A stretch of DNA of 32,000 nt from Nitrososphaerota archaeon (GCA_005877205.1 VBPL01000016.1:1643-33642); one strand, 5' to 3'. Numbered from the stretch's first letter, positions 1 through 7,998 are shown. Numbers and translations are program-made. Notes: generated from the letters alone by a model not told the origin.

Positions 1-2000
1 ACAGACAGATGACCATTGTCCAGGCAAACGTTACTTTGCTTTATGAAAAGGACGGCGGAGAATACGTAATTAACATGATTGATACTCCAGGTCACATCGA
101 CTTTACCGGCCGTGTCACAAGAAGCCTAAGAGCAATTGATGGGGCAGTCGTTGTTTCTGACTCTGTAGAAGGTATAATGACGCAAACAGAGACTGTGACT
201 CGCCAAGCCTTGGAAGAACGAGTAAGGCCGGTTCTTTATATCAATAAAATTGACCGTCTCATAAAAGAGCTAAGACTTACCCCAGACAAGATGCAAGAGT
301 GGCTACTTGAGATTATTAGCAATTTTAACAGACTAATAGAAATTTACGCAGAGCCAGAATACAAGGAAAAATGGAAGGTAAGCATTCAAGATAGCAGTGT
401 GTCCTTTGGCTCTGCAAAAGACAAGTGGGGATTTAACGCAGACGTAATGAAGGAAAAAGGTATATCGTTCAAAGACATTTTTACTGCTTATTCAGAAGGA
501 GGAAATGTCAAAACACTTGCAGAAAAAGCTCCGTTGTATGACGCAGTTCTTGGAATGGTAGTAAAGCATCACCCTCCTCCAGACGTTGCGCAAAAATATA
601 GGATTCCAAAAATCTGGAAAGGCGATCTTGATTCAGATATTGGCAAGGCGCTACTAAATTGTGATGACAACGGTCCTGCCATAATGATGATAGTAAACAT
701 GACAGTTGATCCAGCTGCTGGACCTGTGGCAATAGGACGGTTATTTTCTGGTAAGATAAAAGATGGTGACAGGGTTTACATCATTGATACAAAACGTGAA
801 GGAAGAATTCAGTCTGTTAATTTTTTCATGGGAAACCAGAGAGAGATGGTCGGAGAGCTTGCTGCTGGAAATATTCCTGCACTACTTGGACTAGAACATG
901 CAAGAGCTGGCCAGACACTATCAACGGCAGCTGGCGTTCATACATTTGAAGGAATTCATTATGTATCAGAGCCTGTAGTGCAGATGGCAGTAGAGCCAAA
1001 ACATCCAAAAGACTTGCCTAAGCTTGTCGAGGCATTAAACAGACTTACAATTGAAGACCCTAATTTGGTTGTGAAAATTAACGAAGAATCAGGCGAGACA
1101 ATCATTGCTGGTATGGGAGTTCTCCATCTTGAGATTGCAACAGCTCTGATTGCTGACGCCAAAGTCGATATCGTCACATCACAACCATTAATCAATTACA
1201 GAGAAACAATCCGTGGCTCTGCAGGTCCTATAATGACAAAATCACCTAACAGGCACAACAAGATATTCATGAAAGTAGAACCGCTCGATGAGAAAGTAGC
1301 TGAGATGATACGAAACGGCACTCTTAACGAGTACAAGGACGAGAAAGAGGTTCAAAAGATATTGAAAGACGCCGGCTGGGAAAGTGATGAGGCAAAACGC
1401 GTTATGAGATTTGATCCAAGAGGAAACGTAATGGTAGATGGAACAAAAGGTGTACAATTCATCAAAGAGTCTAGTGATTCCATATTGTCAGGATTTGAAG
1501 ACGCTATGAAGGAAGGACCTCTTGCAAGAGAACAAGTACGAGGATGCAAGTTTACATTCCATCACTTTGTACCACACGAAGACCCTGCTCACAGAGGTCT
1601 ATCACAGCTTGGACCTGCATCACGACGAGCATGTATGGGTGCGATGTGTCTTGCTCAACCAGTTCTGCTTGAACCTACACTTGGAATCGAGGTACGCATT
1701 CCACAGGATTTGATTGGAGACGTTGCGGGAGTCATATCAGGAAAGAGAGGTAAGGTCTTAAACATGGAACAAAAAGGTATCGTAAATATAGTAACAGGAG
1801 AAATTCCGGCCTCAGAAACTTTCGATCTGTCAGAGATAATGCGTGGTCAAACTGCTGGAAAGGCAATGTGGAACACTCACTTTAAAGCATGGACTCCAAT
1901 TCCAAACTCAATTTTGCCAACACTAATTGGAGAGATTAGAAAGAGAAAAGGACTCAGTCCGGAACCGGCAACTGCAGACGAGTTCATAGACAAAGAGTAA
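1..2000 (+). CDS. fusA: Translation elongation factor 2 (aEF-2), 5'-truncated by the window edge
   Basis: The ORF is open to the window start (in frame from nt 3). It has GTPase motifs DTPGHIDF and NKIDR and a C-terminal HEDPAHRG loop (diphthamide His context). Length and domain order are typical of archaeal EF-2. Confidence 0.95.
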   Translation, partial: RQMTIVQANVTLLYEKDGGEYVINMIDTPGHIDFTGRVTRSLRAIDGAVVVSDSVEGIMTQTETVTRQALEERVRPVLYINKIDRLIKELRLTPDKMQEWLLEIISNFNRLIEIYAEPEYKEKWKVSIQDSSVSFGSAKDKWGFNADVMKEKGISFKDIFTAYSEGGNVKTLAEKAPLYDAVLGMVVKHHPPPDVAQKYRIPKIWKGDLDSDIGKALLNCDDNGPAIMMIVNMTVDPAAGPVAIGRLFSGKIKDGDRVYIIDTKREGRIQSVNFFMGNQREMVGELAAGNIPALLGLEHARAGQTLSTAAGVHTFEGIHYVSEPVVQMAVEPKHPKDLPKLVEALNRLTIEDPNLVVKINEESGETIIAGMGVLHLEIATALIADAKVDIVTSQPLINYRETIRGSAGPIMTKSPNRHNKIFMKVEPLDEKVAEMIRNGTLNEYKDEKEVQKILKDAGWESDEAKRVMRFDPRGNVMVDGTKGVQFIKESSDSILSGFEDAMKEGPLAREQVRGCKFTFHHFVPHEDPAHRGLSQLGPASRRACMGAMCLAQPVLLEPTLGIEVRIPQDLIGDVAGVISGKRGKVLNMEQKGIVNIVTGEIPASETFDLSEIMRGQTAGKAMWNTHFKAWTPIPNSILPTLIGEIRKRKGLSPEPATADEFIDKE

Positions 2001-2084
2001 AAATAGAATCCCCCCTTTTCAGGAACGAAAACACACCAACTTTTCGTAATGACTAGATAATTACTAAAGTTATGATTTGTTGGA
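1985..2084. repeat. Copy A of a diverged direct repeat, covering the last EF-2 codons plus downstream sequence
   Basis: acaaagagtaaaaat (1990-2004) and tatgatttgttgga (2071-2084) recur colinearly at 2808-2822 and 2875-2888. The sequence between them is partly similar (aatc, ccctt, gaa-gaa blocks). Confidence 0.55.
2025..2047 (+). terminator. Hairpin just downstream of the EF-2 stop, possibly a terminator or 3' stabiliser
   Basis: Perfect 7-bp inverted repeat acgaaaa / ttttcgt with a 9-nt loop, 25 nt after the stop codon. A T-run forms its 3' arm. Confidence 0.25.
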
Positions 2085-2118
2085 GAAGCTTTAAGATCAG
2101 TACTAAAGTTATGACTGT

Positions 2119-2322
2119 ATGCAACGTGGTATTATAATCATGCTCATAGGAATTGCCGTAGAGATCATAAACCATTTTTTTTCTGCTCAGTGGGTTAAAG
2201 GTATATCAGGATATATCACAATTATTGGTTGGGTGATTTTTTTCGCGGGTATTGGAATTAGACAATTAGACAAAAGGAAATCGTCATTGAATGACTCTAG
2301 AAGAAAAAAGAAATCACTATAA
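2119..2322 (+). CDS. Small hypothetical membrane protein (two predicted TM helices, Lys/Arg-rich tail)
   Basis: 67-aa ORF with two hydrophobic stretches (IIIMLIGIAVEII and ITIIGWVIFFAGIGI) and a basic C-terminus. I recognise no family. Confidence 0.4.
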   Translation: MQRGIIIMLIGIAVEIINHFFSAQWVKGISGYITIIGWVIFFAGIGIRQLDKRKSSLNDSRRKKKSL

Positions 2323-2396
2323 TGTTAAACTTCTTTCAGGTTACGGTTTAGCAATTTCTCTTAAAGACAACAAAATCGCTGATCTATTGATTAATT

Positions 2397-2741
2397 CTAC
2401 ATCATGGTTTTGTTATATGAATCAATGAAGTCTTTGGCGTACATGTTAGCATGTCTTTCTGAACCTCTGTGCTTTCCAAGCTTTGAACGAATATGATGGT
2501 AATACTCGTGCAAGATGACAAATGGATTATAAAATATATCAGAGTTTAATGCGTAGATCTTTTTTTCTCCTGGTACATATACGGCGTGCACTGTCCTTCT
2601 TTTTCTCTTGATTGTTCCTACTGTTATTTGCGGAGTCTCAACTCGATAAAACTCGCTTAGCTTTTCAAGAGCATTCTCAGTTTTCCCGTCCAAAATCATC
2701 TGTACTATCCTTGCCTTTGTCAAGTCGTCAAGTTCAGACAT
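2397..2741 (-). CDS. Small HExxH (zincin-like) putative metalloprotease; SprT/WLM-like is only a hypothesis
   Basis: 114-aa ORF. HEYYH is encoded at 2496-2510 (minus strand) and preceded by a hydrophobic strand (FVIL). The basic segment KRKRR and the short size resemble minimal SprT-like proteins. Confidence 0.5.
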   Translation of the reverse strand: MSELDDLTKARIVQMILDGKTENALEKLSEFYRVETPQITVGTIKRKRRTVHAVYVPGEKKIYALNSDIFYNPFVILHEYYHHIRSKLGKHRGSERHANMYAKDFIDSYNKTMM

Positions 2742-2802
2742 GGTTTCAAATTATCCGATATGTGATATAAGCAAGTATTGAAAGGAAGATCTTTGTAATT
2801 TT

Positions 2803-2888
2803 TTTAAACAAAGAGTAAAAATGTAATCTCCCTTCCACGAAGGAATAAGCTTAGGACTGGTGTTGTGATTACAGTATGATTTGTTGGA
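2803..2888. repeat. Copy B of the diverged direct repeat (relic EF-2 3' end plus downstream sequence)
   Basis: It matches copy A at 2808-2822 and 2875-2888. In the EF-2 frame it reads F-L-N-K-E-stop against F-I-D-K-E-stop in the real gene end. Confidence 0.55.
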
Positions 2889-2973
2889 AACAAGAAAAGG
2901 AGAACGTTTTCACCTGTAGCTTTCAAAAAATTACACATGCCCATACAAATAGCAGTCATCTTTATGACATCTA

Positions 2974-3336
2974 ATGGCACGTATAATGATAGCAGAGGAT
3001 TCTAAAGAAAGCAGAATGTTTCTGAGGGATTTGCTTGAAATAGCTAATCACGAGGTAGTTGCTGAAGCGACTGATGGCCTAGAGGCTGTAGTGAAATTTA
3101 GGGAAACAAAACCTGACATAGTGTTACTAGATTTGGCAATGCCAAAAATGGACGGTCTTTCAGCTCTAAGAGAGATAAAGAAGATAGATGAAAATGCAAA
3201 AATGATTCTTTTAACTGCAAGTGGCAATCTTAGAACAATAAATGAATGTATTCAAGCTGGTGCCGTTACCTGTATATTCAAGCCCTTTAAGATTGAGGAT
3301 TTATCCAGTGCAATCAAGTCGACTCTTGCAAAATAA
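2974..3336 (+). CDS. Stand-alone CheY-like response regulator receiver domain
   Basis: 120 aa with an acidic pocket (AEDS), phospho-acceptor context LLDLAMPKMDG, LLTAS and FKPF (conserved T/S and K). There is no output domain. Confidence 0.9.
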   Translation: MARIMIAEDSKESRMFLRDLLEIANHEVVAEATDGLEAVVKFRETKPDIVLLDLAMPKMDGLSALREIKKIDENAKMILLTASGNLRTINECIQAGAVTCIFKPFKIEDLSSAIKSTLAK

Positions 3337-3463
3337 CTGATATGACCAATTCGTATGCATGTCTAGAAAATGCTAATGCAGTCTTTGGTAAGATCTTCAC
3401 GTCTTTTCAAGCCACTTTGTTAATCAAACTTTAATATCAAACAAATGGGCATGAATAGGAGAA

Positions 3464-4396
3464 GTGAAACTAGTATTTCGAAAGTCTTCTCATCATTTGC
3501 AATCGTTAGCAGATAAAAATGATTGCCTAGCATCATCGCTTAAAGTGTTTGGTCGACCGTTGATTGTTAGAAACGTAAGTGCCACAATTAAAGTACTAAA
3601 TATAGATAAAATCATGATACCGGAAGATTTTCCCGATGCATTACGATTAGTTCAAGATGAATTTCCTCGTATTAGTGTAGAACAGTTTCACGATGATGGA
3701 GATTCTAATCAAACTAGTACTTTTCCTACTAAAATTGAAAAAATAACAATTACCAAAAATAATAATTTTGAAATTCCCATAAATACACTCCTACGGTATT
3801 CGCCGAATACCACAACTTTTTCAACGGAGTCAATAAGTTATCCTTGGGATTTACTAAATACTATAAAGAATGTTTTACATGATGAAGTAACGCATCGTGT
3901 AATTTCTCCGAAGGCAACAATTTCCAAATCGAGCATAATTGATGGTCCGTGCATAATTGAAGATAATGTTACAATCGATGATTTTTGCAAGATAAAAGGT
4001 CCTATTTATCTAGGTAAAGATAGTTTCATTGGAATGGGATCTCTAGTTAGATATTGTATGATAAGTAACGAAACACGAATCGGATTTAATTGTGAAATAT
4101 CTAAATGCTATTTTGGTGATAATGTTCAAACATCACATCACAACGTCATACTAGATAGTGTAATTGGTAAGAACGTATGGTTTGGAGGATATTCAGGTAC
4201 TGCCAATGTATTGCTGACTAGAAAAAATATAAAATACATGATAAATGACGAACTAATTGATACAGGAACTGATCATTTTGGAGCAATGGTAGGAGACAAT
4301 TGTGCAATAGGTGCTTCTGTAATAGTCCTTCCAGGAAGGCAGGTTCCAGCTGACACCACAATTCAGGCAGGAACAATTTTCGGAAAAAATAACTAA
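3464..4396 (+). CDS. Sugar-nucleotidyltransferase-like / left-handed beta-helix (hexapeptide repeat) protein with a degenerate N-terminal NTP-binding motif
   Basis: GTG start. The C-terminal half is hexapeptide-repeat rich (IIDGPCIIEDNVTIDDFCKIKGPIYLGKDSFIGMGS..., VGDNCAIGASVIVLPG). It has the YPWDLL motif typical of archaeal NTP-transferase/acetyltransferase fusions. The N-terminus reads LVFRKSSHHLQS where GxGTRL is expected. Confidence 0.7.
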   Translation: MKLVFRKSSHHLQSLADKNDCLASSLKVFGRPLIVRNVSATIKVLNIDKIMIPEDFPDALRLVQDEFPRISVEQFHDDGDSNQTSTFPTKIEKITITKNNNFEIPINTLLRYSPNTTTFSTESISYPWDLLNTIKNVLHDEVTHRVISPKATISKSSIIDGPCIIEDNVTIDDFCKIKGPIYLGKDSFIGMGSLVRYCMISNETRIGFNCEISKCYFGDNVQTSHHNVILDSVIGKNVWFGGYSGTANVLLTRKNIKYMINDELIDTGTDHFGAMVGDNCAIGASVIVLPGRQVPADTTIQAGTIFGKNN

Positions 4397-4398
4397 AC

Positions 4399-4414
4399 TT
4401 GACAAAAATGTCAA
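4399..4414 (+). terminator. Short hairpin after the LbH gene stop
   Basis: ttgaca-aaaa-tgtcaa (6-bp stem) starts 3 nt after the stop codon and is followed by attttg. Confidence 0.2.
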
Positions 4415-4497
4415 ACTTGGATTTTGCGTATAACAAAATACTAAGGAATGGGAGATGATTTAATAAATCAGCAAAGAAGGAACATGGTTAAGATTAT

Positions 4498-5139
4498 ATG
4501 AAAAACAAGAGGAAAAATCAATATGCGGTAATATTCGGTGCTCATCCCGACGATATAGAGATAGGAATGGCCGGCACAGTAGCTAAACTTGGAAACTTGG
4601 GCTATGACGTGAAATTGGTGATAGCCAGTACCCCTGATCGTCCAAAAGGCTCGGCAGAGGTAAGAAAAACTGAGTCAAGAAGAGCTGCAAAACTCATGGG
4701 ATGCGATCCTCCTGAATTTCTTGATCTAAAGACCAGTGAATTTACATATGATAGAACACTAGTGTGTAGACTAGACAAAATAATTGAAAAACATAAACCC
4801 AGTGTAGTTTTTACTCAGTGGGTTGGGGATTCACATCAAGATCATCAAATACTGACTAGAGCAGTATTATCGGCATCGCGAAAGATAGACAATGTGCTTA
4901 TGTATGAAACCACGATCCCAAGCCTATTTACTGGTGTGCCTTTTGGACCTAGACTTTATGTTGATATAAGCCAAACTATTGAGATAAAGAAAAAAGCAGT
5001 AGAGTCTCATCAAACTCAAGCAAAGGTCTATGGTGATTTCTGGATTAAAGCTATAATTGGTAGAAGTTCATACAGGGGTTTCCAAATGCGTACAGCATAC
5101 GCAGAGGCCTTCGAGGTAGCAAAAATCGTTAAATGGTAA
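4498..5139 (+). CDS. PIG-L / LmbE family N-acetylglucosaminyl deacetylase
   Basis: AHPDDIEIGMAG motif near the N-terminus, HQDHQ motif mid-protein, and a 213-aa size typical of the family. Confidence 0.85.
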   Translation: MKNKRKNQYAVIFGAHPDDIEIGMAGTVAKLGNLGYDVKLVIASTPDRPKGSAEVRKTESRRAAKLMGCDPPEFLDLKTSEFTYDRTLVCRLDKIIEKHKPSVVFTQWVGDSHQDHQILTRAVLSASRKIDNVLMYETTIPSLFTGVPFGPRLYVDISQTIEIKKKAVESHQTQAKVYGDFWIKAIIGRSSYRGFQMRTAYAEAFEVAKIVKW

Positions 5140-5181
5140 AAACACTCATAAAATTTCTTTTCCACATATTAATTTAAAAAA

Positions 5182-5418
5182 TTAGTTAATCTTAATTTTA
5201 TGTTTATTAGCGTATTCTAATATTTCTAATTCGCTGAAAAAACCTGCTATATATGCGATAAAACGTTTCTTGATTATGTTTGAATTAGATTCTCCGAGTA
5301 GGATTCTATCTGTGTAATCTAAGCGATTCATCTCTCTTTTGTAATACTTGCACATGTCGTGTAACTGCTCAAGGGTGAATTTATCAAGCAATCTCTTGTT
5401 GGATTCGTGTTTTTGCAC
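5182..5418 (-). CDS. Hypothetical protein (weak call; GTG start, no recognised domain)
   Basis: 78-aa ORF whose only upstream start is GTG. A 33-aa ORF (5478-5579, minus strand) lies just upstream in another frame, so a disrupted gene is possible. Confidence 0.3.
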   Translation of the reverse strand: MQKHESNKRLLDKFTLEQLHDMCKYYKREMNRLDYTDRILLGESNSNIIKKRFIAYIAGFFSELEILEYANKHKIKIN

Positions 5419-5660
5419 AGTTGAAATAGTCTTGCCAATCTTATGACGTTTTTTACGTGAAAAGACAATCCTAAACTCTAATCATCATCAAAATCGTCTT
5501 CTAATTCATACTCATAGGTGTGTAATACAAACGACTTTTTGAATAGGCCACGTCTTCTGCTGTAGAATACAAAGCTCATCTGATAATTATATTATGATCT
5601 TGTGAGTTTTGGGCATTTCGCTAATTTTGTCCATATGTTGCTTATTGAGTTAAAAATGAT

Positions 5661-5750
5661 TCAAAAGGCGATCCCTGCCCATTAAGGTAGGATCGTTCAG
5701 GCCAGGGTTGTAAGCCTAAGTTCCTAATCTATGGGCAAAGGAGATTCGCC
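5661..5750 (-). ncRNA. Candidate structured small RNA: a GC-rich extended hairpin in a long intergenic gap
   Basis: Positions 5667-5750 are 44/84 G+C by my count in an AT-rich spacer and fold into one imperfect hairpin. Pairings are GGCGA 5667-5671 with TCGCC 5746-5750 and TGCCCAT 5676-5682 with ATGGGCA 5731-5737. Further pairings are AGG-TAGGA 5685-5692 with TCCTA-TCT 5722-5730 and TT-AGGC 5696-5702 with GCCTAA 5714-5719. The minus strand has an AT-rich TATA-like box (ttaattaac, about 5771-5779) roughly 24 nt upstream and U-runs (cuuuug, auuuuu) right after the hairpin. The strand call is tentative. Confidence 0.3.
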
Positions 5751-5922
5751 ACCGTGAGATTGCTGGATTAGTTAATTAGTAGTACGAAGAATTTATGAAC
5801 AAAATTTTTATCATATTAGAGTGCACAAATTAGTTTAATGTTCATTTTCTGCCGGCTTTCAAATTTGGTCTTAAATTATCCACCGAGCAAAACTAATTTT
5901 GTACCTCTAGTGTAGTAATCGT

Positions 5923-6102
5923 ATGAAAGGAATGAGCTACAAAAAGTTCAGAGAGTCAAAGGCCGAATACTATGTAACAAATGAGGGAAAAATGACTAGA
6001 GCCGATATAATAAAAAAGTTGGAATCATTTTTAAAGCAAAAACTAGGCAAAGGGCAGGATTTTTTTGACAAATATGAGATACGGGAAGAAAATTCAACTT
6101 AG
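5923..6102 (+). CDS. Small hypothetical protein (59 aa, below the ORF-track cutoff)
   Basis: Hand translation gives MKGMSYKKFRESKAEYYVTNEGKMTRADIIKKLESFLKQKLGKGQDFFDKYEIREENST. Its stop overlaps the stop of the convergent SNF2 gene. I recognise no family. Confidence 0.25.
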   Translation: MKGMSYKKFRESKAEYYVTNEGKMTRADIIKKLESFLKQKLGKGQDFFDKYEIREENST

Positions 6103-7811
6103 CGTTTTGTAGCTATCTTGTCATGAATTTGGGCAAGGATCAATTCAGCCTTCTCTTTATTTTCAAAGGTCTCAACTTTTTCGTCCATTATAGTATCAAT
6201 TTCATAACTTTTGTCCACAAGCACATTTGCCACATGATCATCTAATGTCGCATTTCCTATCAGGTAATAAGCAAATACAGTATTTTTCTGGCCAATTCTG
6301 TGAAGTCTGTCTTCTGCCTGTCTATGAATCGCAGGGCTCCAGTCAAGCTCTGCAAATATGACATACCTAGCTCTGCTCAAGTTAATTCCAAGGTTTCCGG
6401 CCCTAAGGCCCGCAACCATCAATTTTGTCTCACCATTTTGAAACCTGTCTATGTTTACTTGTCGTTCTTTGTCTGTCTGTCCTCCAATTATGGAAGACGG
6501 AGAATACTCAGAAAGACTTCTGTGCAGTAACTCATGTATTGCTTTGTGATGGCAGAAAACCACGACGCTCTCTTCAATCTCCATGATGTTCTTTACAAAT
6601 TCGATTACATGAGGAACTTTTGCAATGCCTGCTGCCTGTCTTTCACTTTGTATTGCTCTCTTATATGATGAGAATTTATCAAATGGGGTAATGGCAATTT
6701 TTTGTTCTTCTTCCAGTCTTCTCCATATTTTTTCAAGTTCGGCATAATAGTAATTGATGTCAGAATCTATGAATTCTTTGTATCTTACTTTTTCCTTTAG
6801 CTCCTTTAGTACATCTGATTTCTTACGTCTAAGCATTACATGTTTGCGAAGCTCTTCTCCTAGGCTTGCCCGTTTATTTTCTAGTACAATTGCCTTGCCT
6901 TTTTCATTAACATAGCAAAAGTATTCGCAAAACTCCTCGAAGGTTCCAAGAAGACCGGGTCTCAAAATATCTACAATGGGCCAAATCTCAGAACCACGAT
7001 TGTAAATAGGTGTGCCAGAAAGACCAATTCTGTACTTTACAGATTCTAACGCTGCAAGATTCTTTACTGCCTCGTATTTTTTTGTTGATTTTGAGCGAAG
7101 GTGTTGAACCTCATCGCATACAATAGTTCTGATATTTAGTTTAGAAAGATCATTGAGCCTCTTGTATAATAGATCATAATTTATTATATAGAAATTATAT
7201 CTTCCCAAATCTTGACACCTGCCTGTTCTAATAAGAACTGAGGAAGGGTGTTCCTCGCCTACTATCCTGCCATTACGACTCCTTTTTTTGAGGAATTTTT
7301 GAATCTCTCTTTGCCAATTGTTGAGAGTAACAAGCGGCGCAACAATAAGGGCCGGGAAGGTTTGTTTTTCCGTGGCAAGATACGCTAGTGTTTGGACGGT
7401 TTTTCCAAGGCCCATCTCGTCTGCCAAAAGGGCATTGCCATATGACTTTGTGAGAAAATCAAGCCCTTCTCTTTGAAAATTTAGAAGGGTTCCGCGAAAT
7501 TGTTCTCCTGGATTTGCTTTACGTAATTTTTCTATTCTAGTCCATTTTTTCTTCGGAACCGTAACATGCCTGATTTTTCTATGCCATATGGACTTTGATC
7601 TTATTTCTAGGGGATATCTATCAAGGATCCACTTTATCTTCTGCACATTTTGCATTGTATCTGGTACTATTGCCTCATCTGGCCCTTCTCCATACCAAGC
7701 TTGTGGGATCACACGGGCTACCATAGTGACAGCCCGCAAACCAGTTAGTTTCCAAGTCCAGTTTTTTGAATATGTATCCATGACGTATTCTAGGGTTCCA
7801 AAGTCTTTCAT
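6099..7811 (-). CDS. SNF2/SWI2-family DNA-dependent ATPase (Rad54-like)
   Basis: Motif I LADEMGLGKT, motif II DEVQHLRS, SGTPIYNRGSEIW, and the helicase-C block GNLGINLSRARYVIFAELDWSPAIHRQAEDRLHRIGQ. About 100 aa at the N-terminus are unassigned. Confidence 0.9.
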   Translation of the reverse strand: MKDFGTLEYVMDTYSKNWTWKLTGLRAVTMVARVIPQAWYGEGPDEAIVPDTMQNVQKIKWILDRYPLEIRSKSIWHRKIRHVTVPKKKWTRIEKLRKANPGEQFRGTLLNFQREGLDFLTKSYGNALLADEMGLGKTVQTLAYLATEKQTFPALIVAPLVTLNNWQREIQKFLKKRSRNGRIVGEEHPSSVLIRTGRCQDLGRYNFYIINYDLLYKRLNDLSKLNIRTIVCDEVQHLRSKSTKKYEAVKNLAALESVKYRIGLSGTPIYNRGSEIWPIVDILRPGLLGTFEEFCEYFCYVNEKGKAIVLENKRASLGEELRKHVMLRRKKSDVLKELKEKVRYKEFIDSDINYYYAELEKIWRRLEEEQKIAITPFDKFSSYKRAIQSERQAAGIAKVPHVIEFVKNIMEIEESVVVFCHHKAIHELLHRSLSEYSPSSIIGGQTDKERQVNIDRFQNGETKLMVAGLRAGNLGINLSRARYVIFAELDWSPAIHRQAEDRLHRIGQKNTVFAYYLIGNATLDDHVANVLVDKSYEIDTIMDEKVETFENKEKAELILAQIHDKIATKR

Positions 7812-7998
7812 AGGCGGTTAATTCTTCGATAGATAGTAAAATCGATTTATGAATCTTTAATTTTTGGTGAAAACTGCAAGTTATCCGTTTTTTTGGTCAA
7901 ATTTGAATTAATTTCACTTGCAAAGATCCAATTTCACAAAATAACTAGCAAAGTAATCAAAGAATACACAAAGACTTTGAACTCACGAAGACACTAAC

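Noticed and set aside
2062-2114. tactaaagttatga occurs twice, 39 nt apart (2062-2075 and 2101-2114), upstream of the small membrane-protein gene.
   Set aside because: It is real in the sequence, but it is short and AT-rich and sits inside copy A of the larger repeat. I treat it as part of that duplication history rather than a separate regulatory element.
5667-5753. The GC-rich island could be a tRNA, possibly intron-containing.
   Set aside because: Neither strand has a T-loop (GTTCRANY) with a complementary 5-bp stem, and neither has a D-arm with GG. The putative acceptor pairs only 5 of 7 positions. The sequence folds better as a single long hairpin.
6099-7811. The SNF2 ATPase as part of a defence system (DISARM-, Zorya- or BREX-like).
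   Set aside because: No methyltransferase, nuclease, DUF1998, PLD or other partner genes are adjacent. The neighbours are a cupredoxin gene and non-coding sequence.
7845-7858. An identical 14-mer atttatgaatcttt upstream of both the SNF2 gene (7845-7858) and rpoE' (28505-28518).
   Set aside because: On the minus strand it reads aaagattcataaat, a generic BRE/TATA-like promoter sequence. A single 14-nt match in 32 kb of AT-rich DNA is within chance expectation and has no flanking similarity.
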